From the NCBI GenBank assembly GCA_028718525.1, contig JAQULP010000001.1, positions 1,406 through 65,405 on the forward strand: a stretch of DNA of 64,000 nt, written 5' to 3'. The DNA comes from Sulfuricurvum sp. (GTDB lineage: Bacteria > Campylobacterota > Campylobacteria > Campylobacterales > Sulfurimonadaceae). The notes under the pieces were generated by a model that worked only from the letters and a program-made list of their open reading frames with translations, was not told the origin of the DNA and ran no database searches. This document shows positions 41,513 to 51,513 of the stretch, piece by piece. A program made the position numbers and the translations under genes. Every line of letters starts with the position of its first letter. Within the stretch, counting starts at the first letter, position 1.

Positions 41513-43429
41513 TTAAACGGTAGATTCCTGATGCTTTTGCTGTGCAATTTTTAAATATCGGTCAATTGTCTGTAAGAGGAAAAATTTATCGATCGGTTTT
41601 GCCAAGTGGGCATCCAATCCGGCTGCTACAATCCGCTCTCGGTCGCCGATAAGTGCATGAGCCGTTAAGGCGATTACCGGAACGTATCCTCTGGAATCTC
41701 GTTTATCGATCTCTTTGATCAAACGGTTGGCAGTCAATCCATCCATAATCGGCATATCAATATCCATCAATACTAAGTCAAAATGCTCTTTTAAATAGGC
41801 GTCAACCGCTTTTTGCCCATTATCAACGGCGACCACACGAAAATGTTCTTGCAGTAAAATCGTTTCGAGAAGCTTGAGATTGATGAGATTGTCTTCTGCC
41901 ACCAAAATTTTAATATTTTCCTGCAATGGAATATTCTGGGCTTCCGGACTATGGATAATATACTCTCTTGGCATCTTATTCCAGATAACGGCTAAAGTTT
42001 TATGCAATGCGCTAGGAAGAATCGGCAAAGTCACTAAGGACTCTGCACTCTCGACTACCGTATCCGACTTTTCTCCGTATCCGAACTTCATAATAGGGAC
42101 AACACGCAAATTTGGGTAAGTTGATTTGATAGCCTCAATTTGTGATGTAGTAATATGCAAAGCGTCCAAAAAGAGGACATCGCTTTCATGCAAAATCGGA
42201 TTGACGAGATCGTGAATTTTTTTGGTTTTTACATGGAAAAGTTCCAAATATTTATAGAGCAATGCCCCCTGGGCCGATAAATGTGATTCTTGTGTGTAAA
42301 TGGCGGCACGAGTCCCTTCAACAAAATCGAAAGACCCCTCTTCATTAATTTGGTGGTTTACGCGGAAAGAGAAACGGGAACCTTTTCCGTTTTGTGAAGC
42401 CAACATTAAATGCGATTCCATCATGTTGACGTATTTATGACTTAAACTCAAACCGATACCTAATCCGTCTTTCCCTTTCCGCTGATTTTCCCAGGCTGAG
42501 GCAAAAGGGCGCAAAAGGGTTTTCACTTTTTCATTTTCGATCCCTATTCCGGTATCACTTACTGCATATTCTACCTCAACAAAATTTCCTTCCTCTTCGA
42601 CGACAAGGATCTCTACCAGTACACGCCCTCTCTCATCAGTAAATTTAATCGCATTTTGAATCAAATTCCGTAGTACGGAGAGTATTTTATCCTGATCACC
42701 CAACATCGTTTTTGGCAGATGCGGATCTATCAGGAACATAAGCTGAATCTCTTTGGCACGAGCTAAATCACAAAATTGCATTGAAAACGATTCATACACT
42801 TCCAAAGGATTGAATAGCTCAGGGGTGACATAAACACTGCCGCTTTCAACTTGCATCATCTCAAGCAAATTTTCAATATTCCGCATCATAGACTGTGCGC
42901 TGCGGCTTGTCATTTGAACGTATTCTTTTTGCCATGAACTTAGTGGAGAATTTTTGAGTAGATCGCTAAAACCGATAACTGCATTCATCGGTGTACGAAA
43001 TTCATGGGAGATATTGGTTAAGAATTTCTTTTTAAAATGGTCAAAATAGCGTTCGGCCGCTTTGGCTTTCTCAATAATCGAATCATCGCGAAAAACGATT
43101 CCGACAAGCGAGTAATTGTCGAGCATTATAACCTCTGATTTTACCGATACATCACACTCAACCTCACCAAAAACGATTGTCCCCTGATAATCGCCCGATT
43201 TTGAAAGCAGATAGGAGAGTTCAACGCCCTTTGGATAGAACCACCCTTTTAATGAAGTAATTTCCCCTAATGTTTCAACCCTCAACATCTCCATCAGTAT
43301 TTCGTTACTTCCAATCAACGTACCCGATAAATCGGTATAAACCATCGGGTCATAATGTAAACTGGCACATGAAGTAAGAAGACCGATCAAAGAACCGTGA
43401 TCCGTTTCAAAATTTGGGAAATAGACCAT
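41513..43429 (-). CDS. Cytoplasmic hybrid histidine kinase (PAS-like, HisKA, HATPase, pseudo-REC, REC)
   Basis: ISHEFRTPMN, NLIQNAIKFT, DTGIGI, GLGIGLS, AEDN...LMDIDMP.MDG...ALTA...KP. Confidence 0.92.
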   Translation of the reverse strand: MVYFPNFETDHGSLIGLLTSCASLHYDPMVYTDLSGTLIGSNEILMEMLRVETLGEITSLKGWFYPKGVELSYLLSKSGDYQGTIVFGEVECDVSVKSEVIMLDNYSLVGIVFRDDSIIEKAKAAERYFDHFKKKFLTNISHEFRTPMNAVIGFSDLLKNSPLSSWQKEYVQMTSRSAQSMMRNIENLLEMMQVESGSVYVTPELFNPLEVYESFSMQFCDLARAKEIQLMFLIDPHLPKTMLGDQDKILSVLRNLIQNAIKFTDERGRVLVEILVVEEEGNFVEVEYAVSDTGIGIENEKVKTLLRPFASAWENQRKGKDGLGIGLSLSHKYVNMMESHLMLASQNGKGSRFSFRVNHQINEEGSFDFVEGTRAAIYTQESHLSAQGALLYKYLELFHVKTKKIHDLVNPILHESDVLFLDALHITTSQIEAIKSTYPNLRVVPIMKFGYGEKSDTVVESAESLVTLPILPSALHKTLAVIWNKMPREYIIHSPEAQNIPLQENIKILVAEDNLINLKLLETILLQEHFRVVAVDNGQKAVDAYLKEHFDLVLMDIDMPIMDGLTANRLIKEIDKRDSRGYVPVIALTAHALIGDRERIVAAGLDAHLAKPIDKFFLLQTIDRYLKIAQQKHQESTV

Positions 43430-43431
43430 TT

Positions 43432-45396
43432 TTACCCCTTCATATGTAGATATTTGTGAAGAACATACTCAAGTTTTTCACGCGTAAGGGGTTTGGAAAG
43501 ATAATCATCCAATCCTCTTCCCAAAATATATTCGCGATCCCCTTCCATAGCTAATGCGGTCAATGCTATAATCGGCATACGTCCGACACGCATCGGCCCC
43601 TCTTCCGCTTTGATTTCCTGAGTCGCCAAAATACCGTCTTTTATCGGCATATCGATATCCATAAAAACAATGTCAAAGGTATTGTTTCGGCACATCTCAA
43701 CCGCCTCATCTCCGTTGGAAACCGCTTTAACCGAAATGCCGTACTCTTTTAGCAATAATCGGATCAAACGTTGATTGATTAAATTATCTTCGACGACCAA
43801 GGCATTAATACCGCGCTGAATTTTCGGAACGGAAACGGGCTCAGGTTTAGAGATTTCAAATATTTGAGTCAAATGGTCTAACAAAGAGGTCGGCAATAAA
43901 GGTTTCGAGAGGGATGTATCAACAAGATGGAGCATTTTAGCTTGAATCCGCTCGTTTTGCTCCAGCAGAATAACACTCTTGCAAGAACGTTTCATTCTCG
44001 ATAACGTCATTGTCCAATCGGTTTTGTCTTGTGAAGCGATAAAATAGACAACTTCGGTATCATTGAAAAGAGTTTCGTCCAACATTTGGGTTTTGGTCAC
44101 ACTTAATCCGAAACTGCGTAAATAGTTGGTTAGATGGTTAGCATCATCAAGCCGTTTTTCATCAATCAAAACTACTTTTGCATGATGCCCGTTAATCATT
44201 TCCATCGCATGATCCGAAGAGCTATCCAGCGTTAATGCAAAACTGAAGGAAGAACCTTTACCCTCATCACTGGTAATTTTCAGTTCTCCCCCCATCAACG
44301 AGACCAATCCATGGGAAAGACTTAGCCCTACGCCCAGACGGTTGTCGGCATGGTCGCCTGAAACAAACGGTCTGGTAATGTAGCTAAGTTCAGATTTACT
44401 GATCCCTTTACCCGTATCTTTTACCGTTAAACCGATATTACAGCTCCCCGTCGTATTGCGTTTTAGCAATTTTACTTCAATTGTAATCCGTCCACCCGGC
44501 TGAGTAAATTTTAAAGCGTTATTAAAGAGGTTGGTAATCACTTGTTTGATCTTACGGGCATCTCCGGTCACAAAGGTAGGAAGTTTCGGGTCAATAAAAA
44601 ATAAAATTCCGACCCCTTTATCATACCCCATGGAGACTGCACCCCTCGCCAGTTCTTCCATTTCCAGCACGATATTAAATTCACTTTTGCTGACACTTAA
44701 TCGACCGTTTTGCATTTGTGCCAAATCAAGCAGATTTTCAATATTCGACATCAGATTTCGGGCTGATCCCTGTATCGAACGGATATATTCCAGCTGTGTA
44801 TCATTAGGCGAAGTTTTTGAGAGAAGATCCACAAAGCCGAGGATTCCGTTCATGGGTGTACGAAATTCATGACCGATATTGGCAAGAAATTTGCTTTTTA
44901 ACTGTTCGACTTTAACCACTTCGGATTTTAAATCGACCATATTGCTTTGATCTTCCAAACGGAGGAGATAGACATCCATCCCCCCCTCTTGAATCAAGGT
45001 AGCCGTTGCCGACATCGTATGAATTTTCCCTGATGCATCGGCGATTTCCAGACCGTACCCTTTAGGGCAGTGCGTGCGGATATAATCAAGCCAGCTTTTG
45101 TCGTATTCCGTAAAAACCTCTTCATCTTCATGATGAAAAAGTTCCCGAATGCTCTCATAATTGTTTCGAAGCTGTTCTATATTTTTGATGGGGACCAAAT
45201 CGAAAAATGTTTTATTTGCACCGATCCATCCCCCCTCTTTTGTGAAAAAAAGCAATGCTGAGGGATCAGTATCCAGCACTTTATAAAAAAGGGCTTTATT
45301 GACAGTCTGATCATTTTCATGAGAAAACTGATAATCGTTTTTAGTAAAAAACTTTTGAATAATACTTAACAGTCCCAAATTCTTCTCCTCTGACAC
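43432..45396 (-). CDS. Cytoplasmic hybrid histidine kinase, paralog of 41513..43429
   Basis: IGHEFRTPMN, NLFNNALKFT, DTGKGI, LGVGLS, VEDN...FMDIDMP..DG...ALTA...KP; N-terminal PAS-like domain. Confidence 0.92.
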   Translation of the reverse strand: MSEEKNLGLLSIIQKFFTKNDYQFSHENDQTVNKALFYKVLDTDPSALLFFTKEGGWIGANKTFFDLVPIKNIEQLRNNYESIRELFHHEDEEVFTEYDKSWLDYIRTHCPKGYGLEIADASGKIHTMSATATLIQEGGMDVYLLRLEDQSNMVDLKSEVVKVEQLKSKFLANIGHEFRTPMNGILGFVDLLSKTSPNDTQLEYIRSIQGSARNLMSNIENLLDLAQMQNGRLSVSKSEFNIVLEMEELARGAVSMGYDKGVGILFFIDPKLPTFVTGDARKIKQVITNLFNNALKFTQPGGRITIEVKLLKRNTTGSCNIGLTVKDTGKGISKSELSYITRPFVSGDHADNRLGVGLSLSHGLVSLMGGELKITSDEGKGSSFSFALTLDSSSDHAMEMINGHHAKVVLIDEKRLDDANHLTNYLRSFGLSVTKTQMLDETLFNDTEVVYFIASQDKTDWTMTLSRMKRSCKSVILLEQNERIQAKMLHLVDTSLSKPLLPTSLLDHLTQIFEISKPEPVSVPKIQRGINALVVEDNLINQRLIRLLLKEYGISVKAVSNGDEAVEMCRNNTFDIVFMDIDMPIKDGILATQEIKAEEGPMRVGRMPIIALTALAMEGDREYILGRGLDDYLSKPLTREKLEYVLHKYLHMKG

Positions 45397-45497
45397 TAGC
45401 TTCCGTTTGAAAATCGACTATTGTAACACAAAATACGTGCGCTCATCTTTTTTTTCCATTCATGATACAATACAACATTAATAATTGGATAATTTTT

Positions 45498-46145
45498 ATG
45501 AAAAAAGCAACAAAAAAAGAGATTGAATCGATTAAAAACTCTCTTTTGGAACGATATTCCGACGCCGTTACCGAATTAAATTATACCAACGCGTATGAAC
45601 TCCTCATTGCGGTCGCACTTTCAGCCCAATGTACCGATAAACGCGTTAACGTAATTACTCCGGCTTTATTCAAAGCCTACCCAACACCCTACGATCTAGC
45701 CAAAGCCGATCTCGAAGAGGTTAAACGCCTGATTCAAACCTGTTCGTTTTTTAATAACAAAGCGATCAATCTAATCGCTATGGCCAATAGGGTTATTGAA
45801 GTATACGGCGGAGAAATACCGCTGGATGAAAAAGAGTTGGTCACCCTTGCCGGAGTTGGTCAAAAAACGGCCCATGTCATTTTAATTGAGTATACCCAAG
45901 CCAATTTGATGGCTGTTGACACCCATGTTTTTCGCGTAAGTCACCGATTAGGGCTAAGTGATGATGTGAGTGCCACTTCGACCGAAGAGACCCTGGTGAA
46001 AAAGTTCAAAACAAATTTGCATCAACTCCATCAAGGCTTGGTATTATTCGGACGCTATATTTGTACCGCCAAAAATCCAAAATGTGAAACCGAATGCTTT
46101 TTACGTGATTTTTGCAAAAGTACGGACAGCTTTAAACCCAGATAA
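45498..46145 (+). CDS. nth: Endonuclease III
   Basis: LSAQCTD, L.GVG.KTA, AVDTHVFR and CTAKNPKC..C....C Fe-S motif. Confidence 0.95.
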   Translation: MKKATKKEIESIKNSLLERYSDAVTELNYTNAYELLIAVALSAQCTDKRVNVITPALFKAYPTPYDLAKADLEEVKRLIQTCSFFNNKAINLIAMANRVIEVYGGEIPLDEKELVTLAGVGQKTAHVILIEYTQANLMAVDTHVFRVSHRLGLSDDVSATSTEETLVKKFKTNLHQLHQGLVLFGRYICTAKNPKCETECFLRDFCKSTDSFKPR

Positions 46146-46160
46146 GATACAATCGCTTCT

Positions 46161-46361
46161 ATGAAGAAATACTATTTTTTGATTTTATTATTAATCTTTA
46201 CCGGATGTTTTAACGACCGGGGAATCAGCGGCCGCTATTATAGTGAGTGTGAAGAGTTTTATGATACACAGGGTTATTATCATAAAAAATGTGATAAAAA
46301 TATTATCGATTACAGCACGTTGCGTTCCTCGACAAATCCTCAGCGCGGTAGTGTTCGCTAA
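46161..46361 (+). CDS. Small lipoprotein
   Basis: MKK, hydrophobic core, FTGC lipobox; C-x-E-F-Y-D-x-x-G-Y-Y-x-x-x-C. Confidence 0.75.
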   Translation: MKKYYFLILLLIFTGCFNDRGISGRYYSECEEFYDTQGYYHKKCDKNIIDYSTLRSSTNPQRGSVR

Positions 46362-46362
46362 A

Positions 46363-47079
46363 TCATTTTATTGCAATAAAAGTTGCAAAATTGGCCCATC
46401 GGAACAGTACTTCACAGGTTCTAAATCCGTTGGTTTTAGCCATTTGAATATTTTCATTCATAGTATAGGGGATCAGTACATTTTCGAGAGCTTCACGTTT
46501 TTGAACGATTTCGTACTCACTGTACCCTTGTACTTTTTTAAAATCGTAGTAGCAATCAATCAATTCTTTATTCAATTTCGGATCTTCACTCACCACTTTT
46601 TCACTAAAGATAAAAGCACCCCCTTCATTCAATGAATCTGAAATGGTCCGAACCAGCGAATCACGGACTAAAGGGCGGATAAACTGCAACGTATAATTAC
46701 TGATGATTACCTGGGCTTTTTCATAAGGGTACTGGAGGATATCCCCTTCAACCAATTCAATTTTAGAACCGTACGCCTCTATTTTCTTATGGGCATGTTC
46801 AATCATCGCCGAAGAGTTGTCAATCCCGATGAGCCGTACATCCGTTTTTTGCTCTATAGAACGTTCAATTTCAAGTAACAAGGAAGCCGTCGAACATCCT
46901 AAATCATAGACTATTCCCCCGTTGGACAAGGCATTTATAGCAAAGCGTCGGGTTAAACTCTGCGACTCTTTATAAAAAGGAACCGAACGTTGCAGCATAT
47001 CGTCAAAAACAGCCGCTACGTCAGCGTCAAATTCAAATTGTTTAGAGATGGGTTTGGTAAAAAGGGTATCGGTTTTCAT
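46363..47079 (-). CDS. cmoA: Carboxy-S-adenosyl-L-methionine synthase
   Basis: F.FD..VA.VFDDML.RSVP.Y, YDLGCST, NYTLQF, SEK and KREALENV. Confidence 0.94.
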   Translation of the reverse strand: MKTDTLFTKPISKQFEFDADVAAVFDDMLQRSVPFYKESQSLTRRFAINALSNGGIVYDLGCSTASLLLEIERSIEQKTDVRLIGIDNSSAMIEHAHKKIEAYGSKIELVEGDILQYPYEKAQVIISNYTLQFIRPLVRDSLVRTISDSLNEGGAFIFSEKVVSEDPKLNKELIDCYYDFKKVQGYSEYEIVQKREALENVLIPYTMNENIQMAKTNGFRTCEVLFRWANFATFIAIK

Positions 47080-47182
47080 AGCGGTAATTGTACCGTAAAG
47101 AAGCAGGGTTTTAAGGGGCATGCAATGTGACGAAACAAACTTTTGGCCCCTCACCCACTCTAAAGCAATTTTCAGTCCATAT

Positions 47183-48679
47183 TTAAAAGAGTGTGGGGAT
47201 ACTGTTCTCTTCTATTTTTTTATTTTTACTCGGTTGCGGCTTTGTCTCACCGAAAAAAGTCAACTCGTTTTCACGTAAAATGCGGATAACGTTGGTTGTC
47301 CCCGGCATGCCGATAGGGTAACCTGCCGTAAAAATATAGGTATTTTTTTTATCGATTATCTTTCGTGAAAGTCCGCTGTGAATAATATCGCTCAACATCT
47401 CTTCCAAGCGCCCTTTCTTTGTCAGGTAAGCAGGGACAACCCCCCAGACCATGGTTAAAAGCCGTGCTACTTTTTCCTCATGCGTAGCGGCATAGATGGT
47501 CATTTTCGGGCGATAACGAGAAAGTTTTTTTGCCGATTGTCCTGATGTTGTCATGGCAATGATCCCCTCTGCATTTAAAGAATCCCCTAAACGTACAGCC
47601 GATTCATTCACTCTGTCCATAGAATCGTCATAGCCGAAATCAAACTTTCCGAACGGATAGATCTCTTCAATCGCTTGAATCGTATTGACCATTGTTTCAA
47701 CGGCCAGAACAGGATTATGGCCGATAGCACTCTCTTCCGAAAGCATTACCGCATCGGTTCCATCTAAAACGGCATTGGCGACGTCGCTGACCTCTGCGCG
47801 GGTAGCGGTCTCTTTTTCCGTCATTGACAATAACATCTGCGTTGCCGTAATAACCGGTTTTGAATGTTCGTTTGCCTTATCAATTAACATTTTTTGGATT
47901 CGCGGAACACGATAATATGGAACCTCAATCCCTAAATCTCCCCGAGCAACCATCAATCCGTCTGAATGTTCGAGAATTTCATCAATATTTTCAACGGCAT
48001 CAAATTTCTCGATCTTTGCGAATAATTGAACATGACCTCCGCACGCATTCACGGCTTCCCGTGCTTTAATCATATCCTGACCGTTTTGAACAAATGAAAT
48101 AGCCATGAAATCGACTCCGTTGACTATCCCCCATGCAATATCCGCTTTGTCTTTTTCCGTCAAAATATCGATTTTTAAACGGGTATGTGGAAAGTTAACC
48201 CCTTTATGCGATGATAATTTGCCTCTGTTTTCAACTACTGCCTGAAGATATCCGTCATTAATTGTGACGATATAGGCTCGAATGTTTCCGTCATAAAGAT
48301 AAATAGCATCACCGATTTTAAGAAGAGGTAAGATTTCATTGTGATTAATTGAAAGACGATAATGCCCCTCTCCAATTTTTTCCCCTTCAATCATTTGAGA
48401 ATAAAAATCGAGTTTGTCTCCGCTTTCAAGATAAAAATCTTCTTTAAGCTTTCCGATACGAATTTTTGGACCGGAAATATCTTGCAATACACCTACCAGA
48501 AGCCCGGTTTCACGCATTGCGGTACGGATATTGGCTAAAACTTGGGAATGATATTCATGGGTTTCATGGGAAAAATTCAGACGAAATACGTTGACTCCGG
48601 CTTTAATAAGGGCAATAATTGTCTCAATTTTGTCCGATGCCGGACCGATAGTAGCGATTATTTTTGTTCGTTTTTGCAT
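47183..48679 (-). CDS. pyk: Pyruvate kinase
   Basis: [38 protein letters not shown] and DAVMLS.E. Confidence 0.96.
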   Translation of the reverse strand: MQKRTKIIATIGPASDKIETIIALIKAGVNVFRLNFSHETHEYHSQVLANIRTAMRETGLLVGVLQDISGPKIRIGKLKEDFYLESGDKLDFYSQMIEGEKIGEGHYRLSINHNEILPLLKIGDAIYLYDGNIRAYIVTINDGYLQAVVENRGKLSSHKGVNFPHTRLKIDILTEKDKADIAWGIVNGVDFMAISFVQNGQDMIKAREAVNACGGHVQLFAKIEKFDAVENIDEILEHSDGLMVARGDLGIEVPYYRVPRIQKMLIDKANEHSKPVITATQMLLSMTEKETATRAEVSDVANAVLDGTDAVMLSEESAIGHNPVLAVETMVNTIQAIEEIYPFGKFDFGYDDSMDRVNESAVRLGDSLNAEGIIAMTTSGQSAKKLSRYRPKMTIYAATHEEKVARLLTMVWGVVPAYLTKKGRLEEMLSDIIHSGLSRKIIDKKNTYIFTAGYPIGMPGTTNVIRILRENELTFFGETKPQPSKNKKIEENSIPTLF

Positions 48680-48811
48680 ACATTTTACCCGTAATTCATT
48701 TTGGGAATGGTAACACACTTTGGGTACATTTCTACGTGATGACAACACCTATTACACTTCATATTCAGTATAATTAGAATACAATAGGGGTACTTTAACG
48801 ATGGAGACCCC

Positions 48812-49462
48812 ATGATTCCAAGAGCGATCAATACCGATATTGTCCTTATTGATATCATTGATTTTTCACGTTTACATATGAATGAACAACTTGAAATCAT
48901 CTCCTATCTCTCTCAAACCTACAAAAAAATGATCCAAAAAATGATCAAAATTTCCGGTATAGCCATGGAAAAAATGTTACAGGGAATTATCCCGACAGGG
49001 GATGGCTTTTACTGTATTTTACATCCAGGATTAAAAGGATTTGGCCCAATTCTAGGGCTCTCTTTTATCCATTTTTCCGATTATATCGCAAAAGAATACC
49101 CCTATTTTCGAGGTATACGTGTTGCGGTTCACACCGGAAAAATCTACCGCTTTGAAGACATTCTGGGTAATGAAAATTTTGTAGGGGACGGACTCAATGA
49201 ATGTGCCCGATATATTGAAATTAAAAATCTTATCATAAGTACCGTCATCATCTCAGATAGCGCTTACAGTTCATTAAAAGAGTTCCTGCATCAATACCCA
49301 GATTTTCATGCTCTACTTGAAAAATGCGAATTCCGCCACAGTTCACTCCATACCTTTCAAGACAAACATAATATTGAGCGTCACGGTTATCTCATATGGA
49401 TGAGAAAGGGGGGGATTATTCCGCCGCCAAGACCGGGTAGATTATTGCCCCACCGGAAATAA
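48812..49462 (+). CDS. Stand-alone class III nucleotidyl cyclase domain protein
   Basis: LIDIIDFS (metal Asp 1), TGDG (metal Asp 2), IRVAVHTG and FVGDGLNECAR (N...R transition-state motif). Confidence 0.8.
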   Translation: MIPRAINTDIVLIDIIDFSRLHMNEQLEIISYLSQTYKKMIQKMIKISGIAMEKMLQGIIPTGDGFYCILHPGLKGFGPILGLSFIHFSDYIAKEYPYFRGIRVAVHTGKIYRFEDILGNENFVGDGLNECARYIEIKNLIISTVIISDSAYSSLKEFLHQYPDFHALLEKCEFRHSSLHTFQDKHNIERHGYLIWMRKGGIIPPPRPGRLLPHRK

Positions 49463-49523
49463 TCCTCGAGAAAATTATTTTTTGGTAAGATAACATTACC
49501 AATATCCCTTAAAAGGAGGATGT

Positions 49524-50174
49524 GTGCGCTTTACCGTCGATGATTATGCCAAGACATTTAAAATGTCCAAAGAGATGATACAAAACAAGCTTAGAACTAA
49601 ACGTTTGAATTATATCATTGAGGGAGGAATTACCTATATAATAGTTCCTAAAAGCTCTTTAGATGAAACCAAACAGCAAGAGATCGCCCAACCACCCAAA
49701 TCTTCCCCCTCTCCGCAAAAAACAACGGTGGGGATGATTATCGCACTCTACCAAAAAGAAAACCAACAACTCAAACTGAAAATCAAAGAACTTGAAAACA
49801 AAGTTGACCGCCTTGTCAATGACAAAGAGCAGATGCTCATTGCGGAAAGGGAACGGATTAAAGAAATTTATACCGCAAAAGATGAACAACTAAAAAATTT
49901 ATTGGAAGTTATCAATACCAAACTTCTCCTCTCACAAAATACCCCCGTATGCGATGTTGATATCACTTCGACCCCTTCAGTATCTCCTTCGCTCCCGAAT
50001 GGAACCATAGAGCTCAAACGTTATCTTAAATTTATCGGTATGGGTTCTGAAGAGCGAAAAGCCGTTAAACGTCGCTTTGAACTCTCATATGGAAGTGATA
50101 TCCGTATAATCCAAAAAGAGGGAGAGTTTTATGTAGACCTCTCTAAATACGATTACACCGATTTTCTCTCTTAA
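49524..50174 (+). CDS. Hypothetical protein with N-terminal MerR/excisionase-like HTH and coiled coil
   Basis: TVDDYAK.FKMSKE.I..KLR..RL; heptad-rich LYQKEN..LK.KI.ELE.KV..L; AAGGAGG RBS with GTG start. Confidence 0.7.
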   Translation: MRFTVDDYAKTFKMSKEMIQNKLRTKRLNYIIEGGITYIIVPKSSLDETKQQEIAQPPKSSPSPQKTTVGMIIALYQKENQQLKLKIKELENKVDRLVNDKEQMLIAERERIKEIYTAKDEQLKNLLEVINTKLLLSQNTPVCDVDITSTPSVSPSLPNGTIELKRYLKFIGMGSEERKAVKRRFELSYGSDIRIIQKEGEFYVDLSKYDYTDFLS

Positions 50175-50177
50175 TCA

Positions 50178-50196
50178 AAAGGGTTAACAACCCTTT
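50178..50196 (+). terminator. Hairpin after 49524..50174
   Basis: AAAGGGTT-AAC-AACCCTTT. Confidence 0.5.
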
Positions 50197-50500
50197 CCCT
50201 ATTTTCTTTCCCTTCACTCTATCACTTTTTTTCTCTTCTTTATCAACAAAACCATATCGCTGACCTTTTTCTTGCCAAGATTTTTCCATCTGGATTAATT
50301 TGGAAAAAACAGGCTTTATACTATACGTTTTTCTGTATATTTTGATTATTTTATACAATAATAAATATGGAATACTTAATGCTTTGTTCGACTAAACATT
50401 CCTTATGTTACATATTATGTATATATTATAAATTTTTAATTATAAAATATACATTTTAATGTTTAATTTAAGAAAAGCATATTACAATGGAGCAATGGAA

Positions 50501-50740
50501 ATGAGTGATCTTTTTAATCTTCTGCATAATGCCGTTGAAGCGCAACGTAACGGTAAGAAGATTTCCCAAAAAGAGATGGCGAAAGAGCTTGGAATTTCTA
50601 TGCGAACGTATCAAGACTGGCGTTTAGGCAATGCTAAACCGCAGGCGGCCAAAGCCATTTTTGAGATGTTGGGGATGCTTGAAGATGATGAGATTATTCG
50701 AGTCGTTCGAAGAATAAATAAATTAGGAGCAAAAGGATGA
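50501..50740 (+). CDS. XRE-family HTH DNA-binding protein
   Basis: ISQKEMAKELGISMRTYQDWRLG...P; GGAG RBS 8 nt before ATG 50501. Confidence 0.85.
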   Translation: MSDLFNLLHNAVEAQRNGKKISQKEMAKELGISMRTYQDWRLGNAKPQAAKAIFEMLGMLEDDEIIRVVRRINKLGAKG

Positions 50741-50982
50741 GCAGTTTAAGTGAACAAGAACGAATCGGGCTTGAAGAGGTCTTTTTATCAATTTCCTCAA
50801 CACCGAATTTTGTAACAAAATGGACCGACTGGCGTAAAAACTTTACCAACCGTTTCAATGCAAATAAATTCTCTTCACCGGTCCTTTTGGCGAAAAATCC
50901 AAAAATATGGATAAAAAATGGTCTAAAAAACCACGAATTCACAAAACTGTTAAATAAATTGCAAAAAAGAAGAAAAATTTAA
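50737..50982 (+). CDS. Small basic hypothetical protein, coupled to the HTH gene
   Basis: ATGA overlap with the upstream stop, preceded by AGGAG/AAAGG; no recognisable domain. Confidence 0.5.
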   Translation: MSSLSEQERIGLEEVFLSISSTPNFVTKWTDWRKNFTNRFNANKFSSPVLLAKNPKIWIKNGLKNHEFTKLLNKLQKRRKI

Positions 50983-51085
50983 GGCAAGAGATATTAAAGT
51001 ATTCGCGGCTAAAACACTTTCCCGTGCACACCTATGTTGTGAGCAGTTTTGAGTGTTATTCGCATATCTAAATCAAGGGCAATAA

Positions 51086-51370
51086 ATGAATAAAGCACAA
51101 TTCGTAGAGTTAGTTCAAAAAAGCGGCGGTTACAAAACAAAAGTAGAAGCAGAAACTGCTATTAAAGCTTTTTCAGAAGCGATCACGGCAGCTCTTGTTG
51201 CTAAAGAAGAAGTATCATTGGTTGGATTCGGTAGTTTTTCAGCTTCACTTCAAAAAGGTAAAAGCGGTAAAGTACCGGGAACCGATAAAACTTATAGCAC
51301 AGCTGATAAAATGGTCCCTAAATTCAAACCGGGTAAAAGTCTTAAAGACAGTGTAGCAGCTGCTCAATAA
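51086..51370 (+). CDS. hup: HU family DNA-binding protein
   Basis: MNKAQFV, V.LVGFGSF and PKFKPGKSLKD. Confidence 0.92.
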   Translation: MNKAQFVELVQKSGGYKTKVEAETAIKAFSEAITAALVAKEEVSLVGFGSFSASLQKGKSGKVPGTDKTYSTADKMVPKFKPGKSLKDSVAAAQ

Positions 51371-51385
51371 GTTGTCCTTTCATTT

Positions 51386-51406
51386 CTGAGGGAATGCATC
51401 CCTCAG
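51386..51406 (+). terminator. Terminator hairpin after hup
   Basis: CTGAGGGA/TCCCTCAG stem followed by a pyrimidine run. Confidence 0.65.
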
Positions 51407-51513
51407 CTCTCTTCCTCCGTAATTAAAATCACTTTTTTACTGTACCTATTTTTACCCCAATTGGCTATAATTATCAAACAAGTGCACTTTATCGTATTTT
51501 AAGTGTAAACGTC

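Noticed and set aside
49408-49414. G7 tract near the 3' end of the cyclase gene as a phase-variation site
   Set aside because: Shorter than typical Campylobacterota contingency tracts and downstream of the catalytic motifs.
50143-50358. 71-aa Lys-rich minus-strand ORF in the AT-rich spacer
   Set aside because: No RBS, low-complexity composition from the AT-rich sequence, and it crosses a terminator hairpin.
50380-50470. AT-rich inverted repeat as a dif/XerH site or oriC unwinding element
   Set aside because: Does not match the difH consensus as I recall it; no DnaA-box cluster, dnaA or recombinase nearby.
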